Of a DNA stretch of 64,000 bases, positions 1 through 11,999 are shown in pieces. This DNA comes from Podarcis vaucheri (lineage: Eukaryota). Within the stretch, counting starts at the first letter, position 1, and each line of letters begins with the position of its first letter. Position numbers and translations under genes: made by a program. The DNA lies in NCBI GenBank assembly GCA_965113315.1, contig OZ220368.1. One strand, given 5' to 3'. The notes under the pieces were generated by a model. The model searched no databases. It saw only the letters and a list, made by a program, of their open reading frames with translations, and was not told the DNA's origin.

Positions 1-3000
1 AGGATTGTGCCAAAGAATGTGGTAAATTTAAGTGAATCATACAACCAGTACAATGCCACATGCTGAAATAATACTTAAGTAAAATATAGTTGTTGTTGAG
101 CTGGACATAATAACAAGAATCGTCTGAGGGGGAAAGATCACAATGAAACTCCCTGCTTCCCCTTCTAGGGCAGCGGCGAGGGGCTTCTAGCTGGTGTGGC
201 AAATTAAGTCCCAATTTGGCCTGCAAGACCAATTCCCACAAATCATGCCAATTCACAACCAGGAGCTTAAAATGGCATTCAGCCTGCTTGTCTGCAGTAG
301 CGCCAAAACAACTTTCTAAATAAGCTACTTCCATAAATGATTGGGACATTTTTTCTCCTCCTTCTTCAAAAGATGAGGAGGGGGAACCCCCTGAAGGTCC
401 TTCTGAGTATAAATTATAATATGAATATAAATCTACCATGTAAATCAGATTACACTTCCTGGTCTCTGTTGCGTTTCTCACCAAAACCCACAGAAACATA
501 CCTCATGGGGAAAGATTAGCTTTCCAGAGGATATGAATACATCTAGAATTGCCATACAGAGTGCATTTCAAAAGAGATTTTTTAAAATTCTGGTTGTCTA
601 TTTAGCTAGAAAAAGTAGCACTAAATGCTTTGTAATATATACGCAAGCTTTACTATTTTCTTTTACCCTGCGATACAGTGCTACTGTTGTAATAATTCAG
701 TATGCAGCAGGTTGTGGGTTATCTGTTTACCACTTATGCAAAATATCTGGAAAATAACTCTGGCAGGAGTTAGGAGGCCAGCAAGAAAAACAATTACTAT
801 CATGATGTTGCAGTCAGACACCTTTCCCCCCCAAGCAGTTCACACGGTGTCATGAACAGTATTGCATATTAGTCTGAGGAGAGCCTGCTTAATTTAAAAT
901 CTCTTAATGTGGCTAACAAAACCTGGGAAAATGTTTTCCCAACACGCTTGAAAAAGAACATCCATCTTTAGATGAACACCTCTGCATAGTCATGTTCTCT
1001 TCAGTCATTCTCAACCACACACCCTTATGATATACTAGGGATAAATATGACAATTACAAAAAGAAAGTTCATTTTCTAGTGTGTTTTACATTATATTTTC
1101 TATCATTGTATTGTTGAAAATTGTCCTTATTCTGGTCAAATATTTAAACTATCAAAAGTGCTTCTGATTTGAAACAAAGACAAGATATGGGGAATATATC
1201 CCCCCCCCCCCCCGGATACACAGAACTTGGTTCAATGAAGATTCAACCACGATGAAATTTAACATGCAGATATTACGCTTCACACGGAAGGCTCCAATGT
1301 TGCTTCTGTGTGAGGCTTGCAGGTCTCTTCTCTAGCACTCTTCTGCTAGAGGACAGATGACGACTGGCCTTTGTGATTCCACTTCCAACAGCAGCACTGT
1401 GTGATATGTGGAAACTGTCCCTGTCATGGTGTATAAAAGGGCCATGTATAACAGCAGAACATCCTAAGGGCACTTTCACGCCATAAAAGTCTATTTAAAA
1501 CACACCCGTTTAGAGTAGTCTTCAAAGGAAGAGGTTGCAATTTAGCTTATGTCTAGTTACTACTGTTCTGGCCAAAGCACTCAAGGTGGTTTACAGGCTA
1601 TAACAATGACTTACAAACTAAGAGAGAGGATAGAAAGGAATGGGAAGAGGAAATTAAACATATCCAGCTACAGACTTCCATATTATTACATAATGAAGTT
1701 ACATAATGATGAGGTGGAGGGACCATTACAGGAAGCAATACAAGGAGGGGCGAAGCCAAATGCATAGGTGTCCTAGCCGGGCTAATGGAGAACACTTCAC
1801 AATATTACATTTCTTTCTACTGCAGCTGTTTAAATAGCTGATCAAGGAAGGAAATTTTCAGAGAGGGGCTACAGCAGTATATCAGGTATATACTGCAGTA
1901 GGCATATAGAATGCAATCTTTAGATTGACTTACTGGCAGCAATCCTTTTAGGCGCATCCGATACATGCATGACCACACACAGACAGCATGCTGAACCCAG
2001 AACGGACCCAAAAATGACCCAAAAAAGAGTGGAGCAGGACATGCTTGCGCGGGTTCTGCCAACATGTGCAGGGGTCCAGAACATAACCCCCCTATTGGTT
2101 GCTGCCTGTGCCTGGAAGTTCCAGTAACATTAATGGGGATGTGAAAAGAGGCACAGCACAGAGGAGAGACCATGTACAATGGCCATGCAGAAGGATGGGA
2201 CGGATCATGCCCACTCTTTACGGGTCCTGACTTGTGTGTGCACAGACACATGACGAATGCACATAAGCCAAGAGGGAGGACAGTGGGCATGACACTCTTC
2301 CCCTTCATACGCTCATTGCACACAGCTTTGAATGCTATGAAAAAAGCTTTAGGACTCATTTCACCTTAATAAGGAAATCCACACAGCAGGGTTAAGCTGA
2401 AAATGTCTAAGGGATTGTATTTTGCAGCAAAAGGTGAAATTTCAGGGAGTGTGACGTTCACTCTGAAAAAGCGACGCTCCTCTAGGAAAAAAAACCAAGT
2501 CCTTTGTTGGAAAGCTGCTATCCCTCAACTTCCTGTAAATGAAGTTGCAAAAGGAAGGGAGGGATCTTGCTGAACTGTTCATATCTTTGCTGATCATTTT
2601 TGCTTAAACTGATGCTGCAACTGTCACAAAGTGATCTGAACCACAACATAACTGAATCTTGATCTTGTCCCAGCCTTGGAAAGAGATAGAGTGGACTGTA
2701 ATCCACTGAGGTTAAGTACACACACAGAGAGACATTTTCCCCTAAAAGAACATCAACATGGATGCAGGAGAAGGCTTTCCATGGGAAAAGAGCACTATAT
2801 TTTGGCTCATTCCCACCACAAAGCCAATTCTATTAATTACTTTCCCTCTTTATATTATTACATTTTTATGCACTATTAGATTGCTTGCAACCCTTCTTGC
2901 ACCTCCATTCATCCTCTGAGAAATCTCTGAGTCACAAGGTTCATATTTTCAGCAGTGAAAGAACAAAGAACGATTTAATTTTAGGGAATATTGGTCCCAA

Positions 3001-3525
3001 GAGGAGCTATTATTTTGCAACTATTTATTTTCATGCCCAAAGTCCAAAGGGAACAGTTTCCTGGTTTTCAAAGAGGAAAAGATCAAAGAATACATCACAA
3101 GGAGGTAAATTTTGATGGGTCTGTTGGAAATTCAGCCCAACCTCTCAAAATGAGGCTGAACAATAGAGTCTACAGTTATAATAGTCCCACATGTATCTAT
3201 GCAGTACTGTACCTAATGACACTACTGACATGGACCAATATCCTCATGAATTCTTAGGTGCTCTAGCAAATAATAGCTCGCTATGAAGGTTCAAAATGCA
3301 AGTAATAATGGATGGATGGATATAGATATATAGATTCAAATAGATATAGATATATAATTCCAAGTAGTTAAGCTATCATCCTTAAACAGCACCAATTCAG
3401 AGTCTGCTCCCAGATCAAAACCTGTGGAAAGCAGGCCTAATGGGGAAATGGCTTCCTTCTTGCTATAACAGATTTCCATGTGCAGCGATCAGTTGTGTTT
3501 TAAAAAAAATAAATGTGGGGAAGTA

Positions 3526-3788
3526 CAGTGGTACCTCGCAAGACAAATGCCTCAGAAGACGAAAAACTTGCAAGACAAAAGAGTTTTTCGTTTTTTGAGT
3601 TGCTTCGCAAGACGAATTTCCCTATGGGCTTGCTTCGCAAGATGAAAACGTCTTGCAAGTTTGTTTCCTTTTTCTTAAAACCGCTTGAAGAGGTGCAGTT
3701 GCGACTTGACAGTGCTTCGCAAGGCGAAAAATTCACAAGGCAAAAAATTTCACAGAACGAATTAATTTCGTCTTGCGAGGCACCACTG
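3526..3788 (+). mobile_element. Non-autonomous Tc1/mariner-superfamily (pogo/Tigger-like) MITE
   Basis: TA|CAGTGGTACCTCGCAAGAC ... GTCTTGCGAGGCACCACTG|TA; TA target duplication; internal CTTCGCAAGA repeats. Confidence 0.88.
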
Positions 3789-4551
3789 TATCCAATTATG
3801 TGATTCTCCACTAGCACCCTGAAGTGGTATGGTACCCAGAAGATTGCCCTGCATGATTCTATGTAGCTTTCACATGCAGTCTAAGGGTGATTTCATATAG
3901 TCAGGCACGGGGAACCAATGGCACTCCAGATATTGCTGGGACTCCACTTCTAATAAGCCAGCATGGCCAAAGGTCAGGGATGATCAAAGTTTTAGTCCAG
4001 CAAGATCTGAGGGCCACAGGTCCTCCATTCCTCCTTTAGTTTGTTAGGAATGTAGACAGAATAGGTTGAGCTGGACAACTGATGAAGCAGCTGGCTTAAT
4101 TATGGACTTTGTTTATATTTCAGTCCCTAGGCCTTCAATTGTGAATTGATAGCATCCCAGAAAATATAGATGAAGTGTGTGCAGGATGTAAACTGAATCA
4201 ATGAGATGGCAATTTCACTATGAGCCCCAGCCAGTCCTAAAACATTTGATCTACATCCCTAGCTGGATGTACAGTTGTGTGAATGGACCCTTACTTTTCA
4301 AAGATGCAGTAACCAGCACACTTTTAGATGCTTATGAAGAAGCAATATAGATGAACTCTAGGTAGCATATTTACAATTATGAGATGGTTCCTACTTACTG
4401 GCTGTGGCAAGTCAATTTGCAGTGGTATTCAAGAGACACAGCACCTGCTTCCACAAGTATTCTGCAACTATGCAACACTGCAGACTCACTAGAAACCATT
4501 TTGTGCTTGCACCTTGAAATGTAAAATTCAATAAAAGTAACCACACAGGAA

Positions 4552-4914
4552 GGGACGCAGGTGGTGCTGTGGGTAAAACCTCAGTGCCTAGGACTTGCCG
4601 ATCATATGGTCGGCGGTTCGAATCCCCGCGGCGGGGTGAGCTCCCGTCGTTCGGTCCCAGCTCCTGCCCACCTAGCAGTTCGAAAGCACTCTTAAGTGCA
4701 AGTAGATAAATAGGTACAGCTTTATAGCGGGAAGGTAAACGGCGTTTCCGTGTGCGGCGCTGGTGCTGGCTTGCCAGCTGCAGCTTTGTCACGCTGGCCA
4801 CGTGACCCGGAAGTGTCTTCGGACAGCGCTGGCTCTCGGCCTCTTGAGCGAGATGAGCACGCAACCCTAGAGTCGGACACGACTGGCCCATACGGGCAGG
4901 GGTACCTTTACCTT
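4552..4914 (+). mobile_element. Sauria SINE, full length, with 14-bp TSD
   Basis: tRNA-like head GGGACGCAGGTGGTGCTGTGG, B-box GGTTCGAATCCC, (ACCTTT)n tail; TSD TAACCACACAGGAA at 4538-4551 and 4915-4928. Confidence 0.93.
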
Positions 4915-5103
4915 TAACCACACAGGAACAGGATAACTGGTATGTACTAGATGGAATGGATGTGTAGAAGAATAGAAGCATCACATTTGGCCTTGCCCAT
5001 TGATGCAAATGAAATGGGGAAAAACACAGGATAGGTATATAAATCTACATCCCGATAACAGCAAAATATGATAATTTAGCACTATGCATACCTTTGCATA
5101 TGT

Positions 5104-5290
5104 TCCAGTTACAGATAGGTATCCGTGTTGGTCTGCCATAGTCAAAATAAAAAAATTCCTTCCTGTAGCACCTTAAAGACCAACTGAGTTAGTTCTTCTG
5201 AAGAAATGTGCATGCACACGAAAGCTTATACCAAGAACTAACTCAGTTGGTCTTTAAGGTGCTACAGGAAGGAATTTTTTTATTTTGACT
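5104..5290 (+). mobile_element. Penelope-like element (PLE) pLTR fragment with inverted duplication and hammerhead core
   Basis: Perfect 58-bp inverted repeats (5140-5197 and 5233-5290) around CTGAAGA-A-aTGTGCATGCACAC-GAAAGCTTA; flanking 12-bp direct repeat CTTTGCATATGT (5092-5103, 5289-5300). Confidence 0.75.
5198..5230 (+). ncRNA. Minimal type-I hammerhead ribozyme core (probably degenerate)
   Basis: CUGAAGA box, stem II UGUGC/GCACA, GAAA box, palindromic mini stem III AAGCUU, UUA cleavage triplet. Confidence 0.65.
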
Positions 5291-5589
5291 TTGCATATGT
5301 GTGATGGTTGTACACACACAGTTTGAACTGAACCAACATGAGGCATTGTCAGGAATTTTATGAAGTTTTGTGACAAATCTTTCATGAACTCCAGAATCTG
5401 GATTGTTGTGGGACGGAAGAATTATTTTTATAATTAAGACTAACCATTCACTTTAAAGAAGCTAATGGGATAACCCAATTTTGATAGCTGCAGTACTTCT
5501 GTGGAGTTTCCTTAGACTAAATTGTTCTCTATTATACGCTGCTACCTGTATTATACCAGGCTTCTTCTCAGGGTTTTTCCCAATTAAAT

Positions 5590-5830
5590 TCCTATTTCCT
5601 GGCACAGAATTTGCCTTCTTTACAGTTGCTATACACAGGCCCAATGTCTTCATCCAACTATGCACGATAACCCTAATGTCTCGTTTCTGGTGAGAAACTG
5701 ACACCATGAGCATATATGTGAAATTAAGATTTTTTTCGCCCTGACGTTCATCACTTTATCCTTATTTCCATTGAACTGCATTTGCCCATTCGTACATATT
5801 GGAGAGATCATTTTGGAGCGCTTCCCAATC
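5590..5830 (-). mobile_element. CR1 LINE ORF2 fragment (degenerate)
   Basis: Translations QMQFNGNKDKVMNV and KRDIRVIVHSWMKTLGLCIATVKKANS resemble CR1 WQMKFNVDKCKVMH / ERDLGVIVD...CAAAVKKAN. Confidence 0.75.
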
Positions 5831-6205
5831 CCTTTTTGTTTCACTGGGGTAAGTCACATACTTGTAATTGTATGATGTGTGGTAAGCAGTTGTTAAAAAC
5901 TATTTGGTTCTGTCTCCCAACATCCCAAGAATTTTTGTCGTCACATTAACCATCAAGGTGTAATTTAGTTTCATCATCTCAGTGGTGCTTGGGTTGTCAC
6001 TGCTTATTGCCCATGTTATAAATTCAGCTGTTACCACTGTAATACATTTTTAAGTGTCACTTCTCCAAGTGCAAAAGGTAAATGTTTCAGCAGGACAGAT
6101 GTGGCATGACCTTTGTAAATCAAATTAAGCTAGCTGCCCTCAATAAATAGGTCATTTCCAGTTATGATAGCAACGTGTCAAATTATCCAACCTTATATTT
6201 AATCC

Positions 6206-6542
6206 GTAAAGGTAAAGGGACCCCTGACCATTAGGTCCAGTCATGACCGACTCTGGGGTTGCGGCGCTCATCTCACTTTATTGGCCGAGGGAACCGGCGT
6301 ACAGCTTCCGGGTCATGTGGCCAGCATGACTAAGCCGCTTCTGGCGAGCCAGAGCAGCGCACGGAAACGCCGTTTACCTTCCCACCAGAGCGGTACCTAT
6401 TTATCTATTTGCACTTTGACGTGCTTTCGAACTGCTAGGTTGGCAGGAGCAGGGAATGAGCAATGGGAGCTCACTCCATCGCGGGGATTCAAACCACCGA
6501 CCTTCTGATCGGCAAGCCCTAGGCTCTGTGGTTTAACCCACA
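6206..6542 (-). mobile_element. Sauria SINE (reverse orientation, slightly 5'-truncated)
   Basis: GTAAAGGTAAAGGGACCCC tail complement; body is the reverse complement of the 4552-4914 family. Confidence 0.9.
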
Positions 6543-6934
6543 TCTTGGTCTAAATTCTTATTTATAGTACATATTTAAAATCCAGTAGATGTACAGAACA
6601 GTAATCAAGTGGCCCTGATCGACTTATAATCTCATGCAAGAAACTCCTATAGGATTAGACAAATACTTTGGAAAGTGAAGTTGCCCACCTGCATTGCTGT
6701 ACATTGCCTTACATCCATACGTATAATGCTAAAGTATATTTGAATGTGAATCCCTCAGCAATCTGCCCATGTGGTTCTGAATGTGCACTCCTATGCAATT
6801 TGACCAGGTAGTTTTAGATCTATCAAACAAATTATAAAGGATAGAAGTTGTTTCTCCACAGCTATTTTTCTTGATAGATTTAGGCAAGTGTAATTTTTTT
6901 GCTAAACTTTCATTTTATGCTTTATTTACACTAT

Positions 6935-7360
6935 AGAATTACAGAGTTGTAAGGGACCACAGCGTTTATCTAGTCCAACCCCCTACACAATGCAGGCTGC
7001 GTAATGCACGAAGCATTTAGTGTGTCCCCAATGGATAGCCACATCCTCCCAAGGCAGTCTTTGTTCCAGTCCTTACTGTTCTAACAGTCTAGAACAGTTC
7101 TTGCCATCAGGTGGCCTCTCCCAATGTTTAGCCAAAATCTGCTCCCTTGCAATTTCCACCCCTTTGTTCTAGTTCTACTCTCTGGAACAAAAGAGAACAA
7201 GTTCATCCCATCTTCTGCATGAGGGCCCTGAAGATATTTGAAGACTGTTATTCAAATGCTGGCTGCCCAGCAGAAAAATAGGGTAGAACTATTACTTCTT
7301 GTGACCTGGAAGCTATGCTTCTGTTTATGTAGCCTGCATTTGCTTTTTTAGTCATCATGC
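6935..7360 (-). mobile_element. Old CR1 LINE 3' end
   Basis: AGAATTACAGAGTTGTAAGGGACC...ATCTAGTCCAACCCCCT is the typical reverse-complement CR1 3' UTR; boundaries approximate. Confidence 0.6.
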
Positions 7361-9459
7361 AGAATATTCTCCTTGCATAAAGTGATTTGCAATCCTTAAT
7401 CATCCCCACAGCTATTCAGTAAGAGAGATAACTCTGATTCACATCTTACAGATGTAGAGTTGAAACCTAGACTACAGGACCATTTTCACTGCTGAGCAAT
7501 CTAACACCCAAAAGCAATATTTATCCAGGTTATCACCCTGGCTTGGAATTGACACTTGACCTGGAGGAACAATTAAAGAACAGTTAAAGTCGGGTCATAT
7601 TTAGTCACTCTTAGGTAATTAATGCACAAGTGGTCTTAAACAGACCATAGGCATTCATGCCTCCCCTCTCTTTCACATCCAGATTCATAGCACAACAACA
7701 AACAAAAAGGATTACAGAATTGCAGTTCATAGCAGGTGCAAATAGTTCAAAACATCATTCACAGGGGCATGCCCGCCTTGTGTTTTTAAGCAACCTTTGC
7801 CACTGCTGTGTGTAGCATGAACAAATGGATCAAAACCACAAGGCTATAAATTCTCATGTAGGGAGAACTAACATGTATGTAAGCAAATCCTTGTTATGGA
7901 TATATAGCAAGTTCCATGCTTCTCCCTCCCACCTTCTTCCTGAATAAGAAGCAGCCAAGGGAAGCCGAAATGGAAAATGAAAAGGAGAGACTGCTTAATC
8001 CTAACCATTCTTGCCATTTGCTGAAAATTGCTCTTTTAACCTGGGCTTTCCCTGCCAGGGGGAGATTCTGAGCAAACAAGCAGTAGAAAAGGAAATCATT
8101 CTTCAGCCCCTCCCTGTTCTGGTTCTCTGCTCAAAGCTTTGGCTTCCTAGCTGCTCAACAAGGAAGAAAAATTAGAGAATTGCCCATCATGTGTAGTTTG
8201 GCCCTTAGGCAAGTAATAAAAGCTTCTTGCGTAAATTCTGTCTTGTAGCCTATTCATGCCATCCCTTTTAGACAGGTACAAAGTACATCTATTATAGCTT
8301 TAATAGTACAAAATGTCCTTCTACAAATTGTGCTGTGAATATGAAGAGTATTAATAAAGAAGAGCTAAGAATGAAAAGCTCATTGTTAATATCACAATTA
8401 TACAACTCAAAATACTACACCAAATATGAAAATAAACTTGGATGTTGAAATGTATTTTGATGCTTATATGACAGGTTCATTTATCACAACAACATTCAGC
8501 ACATCAAAGTTTGTTAAAATGAGAAGTACAGTTAAGGCACTGGGGTTCTGTAACCTTGAAATTTTATTATTTTATACTGTTATGCTTTTATTGCTTAGGG
8601 ACAAATAGAGATAGACAGAACCAGCAAAATTTCAGAGTACGCTGTGAATAAATCAATTCAAAATAGTCAAGATAAAATTACATGGCTAAGTAAAATTAAT
8701 TGGTTCAAGTGTGTACCAATTATGAAGCAATCATCATGGAAATAACAGTATCAATTAACATAAAATTGCCTGTTTAGTTGTTGAATGAATGTGAGTGGTT
8801 ACATGGTGTTATATTTAATATCAGTGTTGTGAATTGTATAAGCTGTGATATTTATATACAAACAAGAAGAGGGAATTTAAACCTGAAATTTCATTTTTGG
8901 TCAGAACCGTGAGCTGTGTACAGGAAAAACAATGGTTATTTCAACATGTGCAGAGCAGGTTAAAAAGAGAGAGGATGAAATTTTCCTTCAAGTCTGAGGC
9001 CCATGGGCACACCGTGGAGATCTGCTATAGTGCCCGCCAGGTAATCCTATCTTCTCTATGTTGCAATTGCTTATCAAACAGACAGCTGTCCCCTCTCTGC
9101 TAGTTTTTATCAGCCCAAAGGGGCAAGGGTAGAGAGCGCAAGTGGTCGCCCTGACTGATCCAAGCATTGGGCTGCCATACATGTTGAATTTCCTGGGCAT
9201 ATCTGGAATATTGCATCCATCAGCATAAAATCCATGTTGGCAGTGTCAAATTTGTTTGGATTTTCACTGTTTGGAATATGGCAACCCTATCCAAGCACCC
9301 TTCCCACATTCTTGAGCCTTGTTAACTGAAACGTATCCAACATAATCAGACTAGACAGTTCTCTGGACACAACTCAGGATTCATGTGCTGTAACAGATGC
9401 AAGCTATTCTGTCCTAAAAATGCTTTGCAAACAAGTCACAGCAAGCTACTGTCGTTCTG

Positions 9460-10520
9460 TCAATTGCCTAAGGCCAGACTTTAAAAGGCCTGCATTACCC
9501 AGAAAAGCTATGCCAGGCGGCATAGTGAGGATGCAGTGGAGGTAACCAAGTATGCCTTCGTTCCTGCGCCTTCACTGCCAATAGGTAGACTCAATGATGA
9601 GCCCTCACCACTGTTTGGCTGGATTCAGCCAGATCTTTCCTCCACTTGCAGTTGCGTCCAGCTTGTTTCCTCGCCCTAAGCTCTGGAGTATACCAGGGAG
9701 CCAAATGGGCTCCATGAAGCAGGAGGAGCAGCTCAGGGGCACCTGCATCAATGGTTTGAGCCATTCAGATGTTCCAGAGGTCAGGCAGGACTTCGATAGG
9801 AGCACAAGTCATATTAGCCAGAAAATCCCCCAGAGCCGCCTGGAAGCCCACTCAATCCATCAGCCTCCAAGGGCAAACCATCCTCATGCAGAGGGGGAAA
9901 GATGCTGGAAGCCTAAATCTCAACAGGAAGTGATCTGAGCATGACCAGGGACTGATTTCAATGCTCCCTACTTTCAGATCACCCTCTTCCTGTGCAGTTG
10001 AGAAAACAAGGTCCAGAGTGTGGTCTGCCACATGTGTTGGACCGGTGGCATGTTGAGACAGCCCCATGGGTGTCATGACAGCCATGAAGTCCTGAGCCAC
10101 CCCAGAGCCACTCGCTTCAGCATGGATGTTAGTCCCCCAAAACCAGCAGTCTGGGAGTCCTCAACACCACCTCTGAGCTCAGCTGTGTAAGCTTAGGCAA
10201 GGAGAAAGCTGAGCAGCGAGGCAGGAAGCAAGACAGCAGAATCCCTAATTTGTCCTGATTGCCCAATGCCAGGAACACACACTTTAGATCCCCCAACTGT
10301 AGCAAGGAGAGGGAGAGGGAGGGAATTTCTGTAGAACACAGCAACTTCCCCTCCTCCTCCTCTCCTCCCTCAAGTCTGCCCTGATGCTAACCTGAGTACC
10401 CAGATGAGACCAACTCCAACCTGCTCATCCACCCAAGTCTCAGTGATACAAAGCAGATCAACCTCCTCATCCACAATCAAATTGTGGATGAGGGAGGTCT
10501 TACTCAGAGTTGACCTGCCA
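9460..10520 (-). mobile_element. L2/CR1-clade LINE endonuclease-region remnant
   Basis: Frameshifted APE motifs: VDLLCITETW, LLVLGD, PTHVADHTLDLVFS, SDHFLLRF. Confidence 0.8.
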
Positions 10521-11879
10521 GCCCCATGAGTTGCCATAGATGCCAGTTTTCTCATACCTCTTTTAGCTTTGAAATTGTCAAGCAGAGGCTAGGCAGCACA
10601 CTTCAGATGGATATAGTTGCTGTCCCATAGACTTAAGTACCCTTCTTCATTTTAAATAAGATTTGAAGACCCAATAAGCATAAACTGATACACCAGCCTT
10701 CTTATTCACAAAGCTGTTGATTTGAGAATATGTTTTCTAAGCAGAAAAAATTAAATTAAGTTCACGGAAGAAAGAAAAAGGAGGGAACCAATATTTTGGA
10801 CCCAACAAAAACCCAACTATTGTTTGTATTGGAGATTATGAAATACATTCACACTAAATGGAAAACAGCTTTTCTAAAATGTTACCCAACAAGTGAAGAG
10901 ATAAATTTGCAGAAGCAGCAATTTTAATGTACCTTTCATACGTGATATTTGCAAGTAGTGTGATTTACAATCATGACAAACCAAAGTGCTTCAGAGGCAT
11001 GGATTACTTTAGTGGAGACATAAAAGCTGGGAAAATAAAGTATCACAAAATGTATTTGTAGATGAGAGATTACTTTTCTGTCAAATATGCTCCTTGGGGT
11101 AAAAAGTATTAGTATTTATTAAGCATCAGTTTGTTATGTGTAATACAAAACTCAGCAGAAGATGACAGACTCAGGGGGGCTACACTTTAAGGCTTGATTA
11201 GGAACTACATTACAGTACAATAAAGTTGGAGATTGATAATTACTTAGGATGCAGGTTTGCAAAGGCAGCAGAATTTTTAGGCAGTAGTTTAAAGAAGACG
11301 ATGGGAGATCAAACTCTACTGCTGATTGCTTGGGACTATCTTTTTTTGTAAATTAAACATCACTTGTCTCACTTTCTGTATTACACTGCTTTATCCAAAC
11401 AGAGTGAATCTGTCAAGTTTCTAAAATTGCAACCAAGAGGGTCCACCACATGATATTGGCTTATTTTCAACAGACAGCAACGGTGCCATCAGCACAATGG
11501 CAGTGGCTTAATGTAAACATTAAACACTATGAACTACAATTACCAAATAGGAAGGGCCCTGTTTGATATGCTGGAGAGCCATTCCAAATCACAGCTAGTT
11601 AGACCAACAAACTAATTTGGTATAAAGCAGCTTCCTATGCTCCTGTTTTGAGAGCTTCATGTAGCACCAAACTTATGGTCATAGTGCAGGCTGCCCAATG
11701 ATGCTCAGTTTGCATTTGGCATCTGAGCAACAACTGTGCCTTTATAAGCAATTGCAGAGTTAGTACAAAAGGGCATCCCATCCCATCTTGCAGATCCCAC
11801 CTGAAAGCAGGCTGACTCTTCCCTCTGCTGGGCCTAGACAATGGGTCACATGCACTGGGACACACGGCACCAGTACAAT

Positions 11880-11999
11880 GATTTCCTTTGCCTTAGGTTC
11901 TCCCACACTTAAAATTTTCTGCTGTCCCCGGGGACAGATTTTGTCCGGGGACAGATTGCTGAATCCGGGGACTGTGCCCGGGAACATCTGGTGACCCTA
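11880..11999. mobile_element. hAT-like DNA transposon end with CCGGGGAC subterminal repeats
   Basis: Three to four CCGGG(G)AC repeats followed by ...CTGGTGACCCTA terminus. Confidence 0.5.

Noticed and set aside
1817-2359. 180-aa minus-strand ORF
   Set aside because: No homology signal or credible splice sites; looks like decayed repeat or intron sequence.
4552-4630. tRNA-like sequence with A/B boxes (also at 53530 and 58845)
   Set aside because: These are SINE heads and do not form a complete cloverleaf.
4412-5008. 198-aa ORF on the minus strand (also 58966..59406 and 6281..6508)
   Set aside because: These read through GC-rich Sauria SINEs and are not protein genes.
8883-8913. 31-nt possible poison exon (cag|CTCACGG...TTTCAG|gtttaa) with in-frame TGA
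   Set aside because: Good acceptor but a very weak donor, and no independent support.
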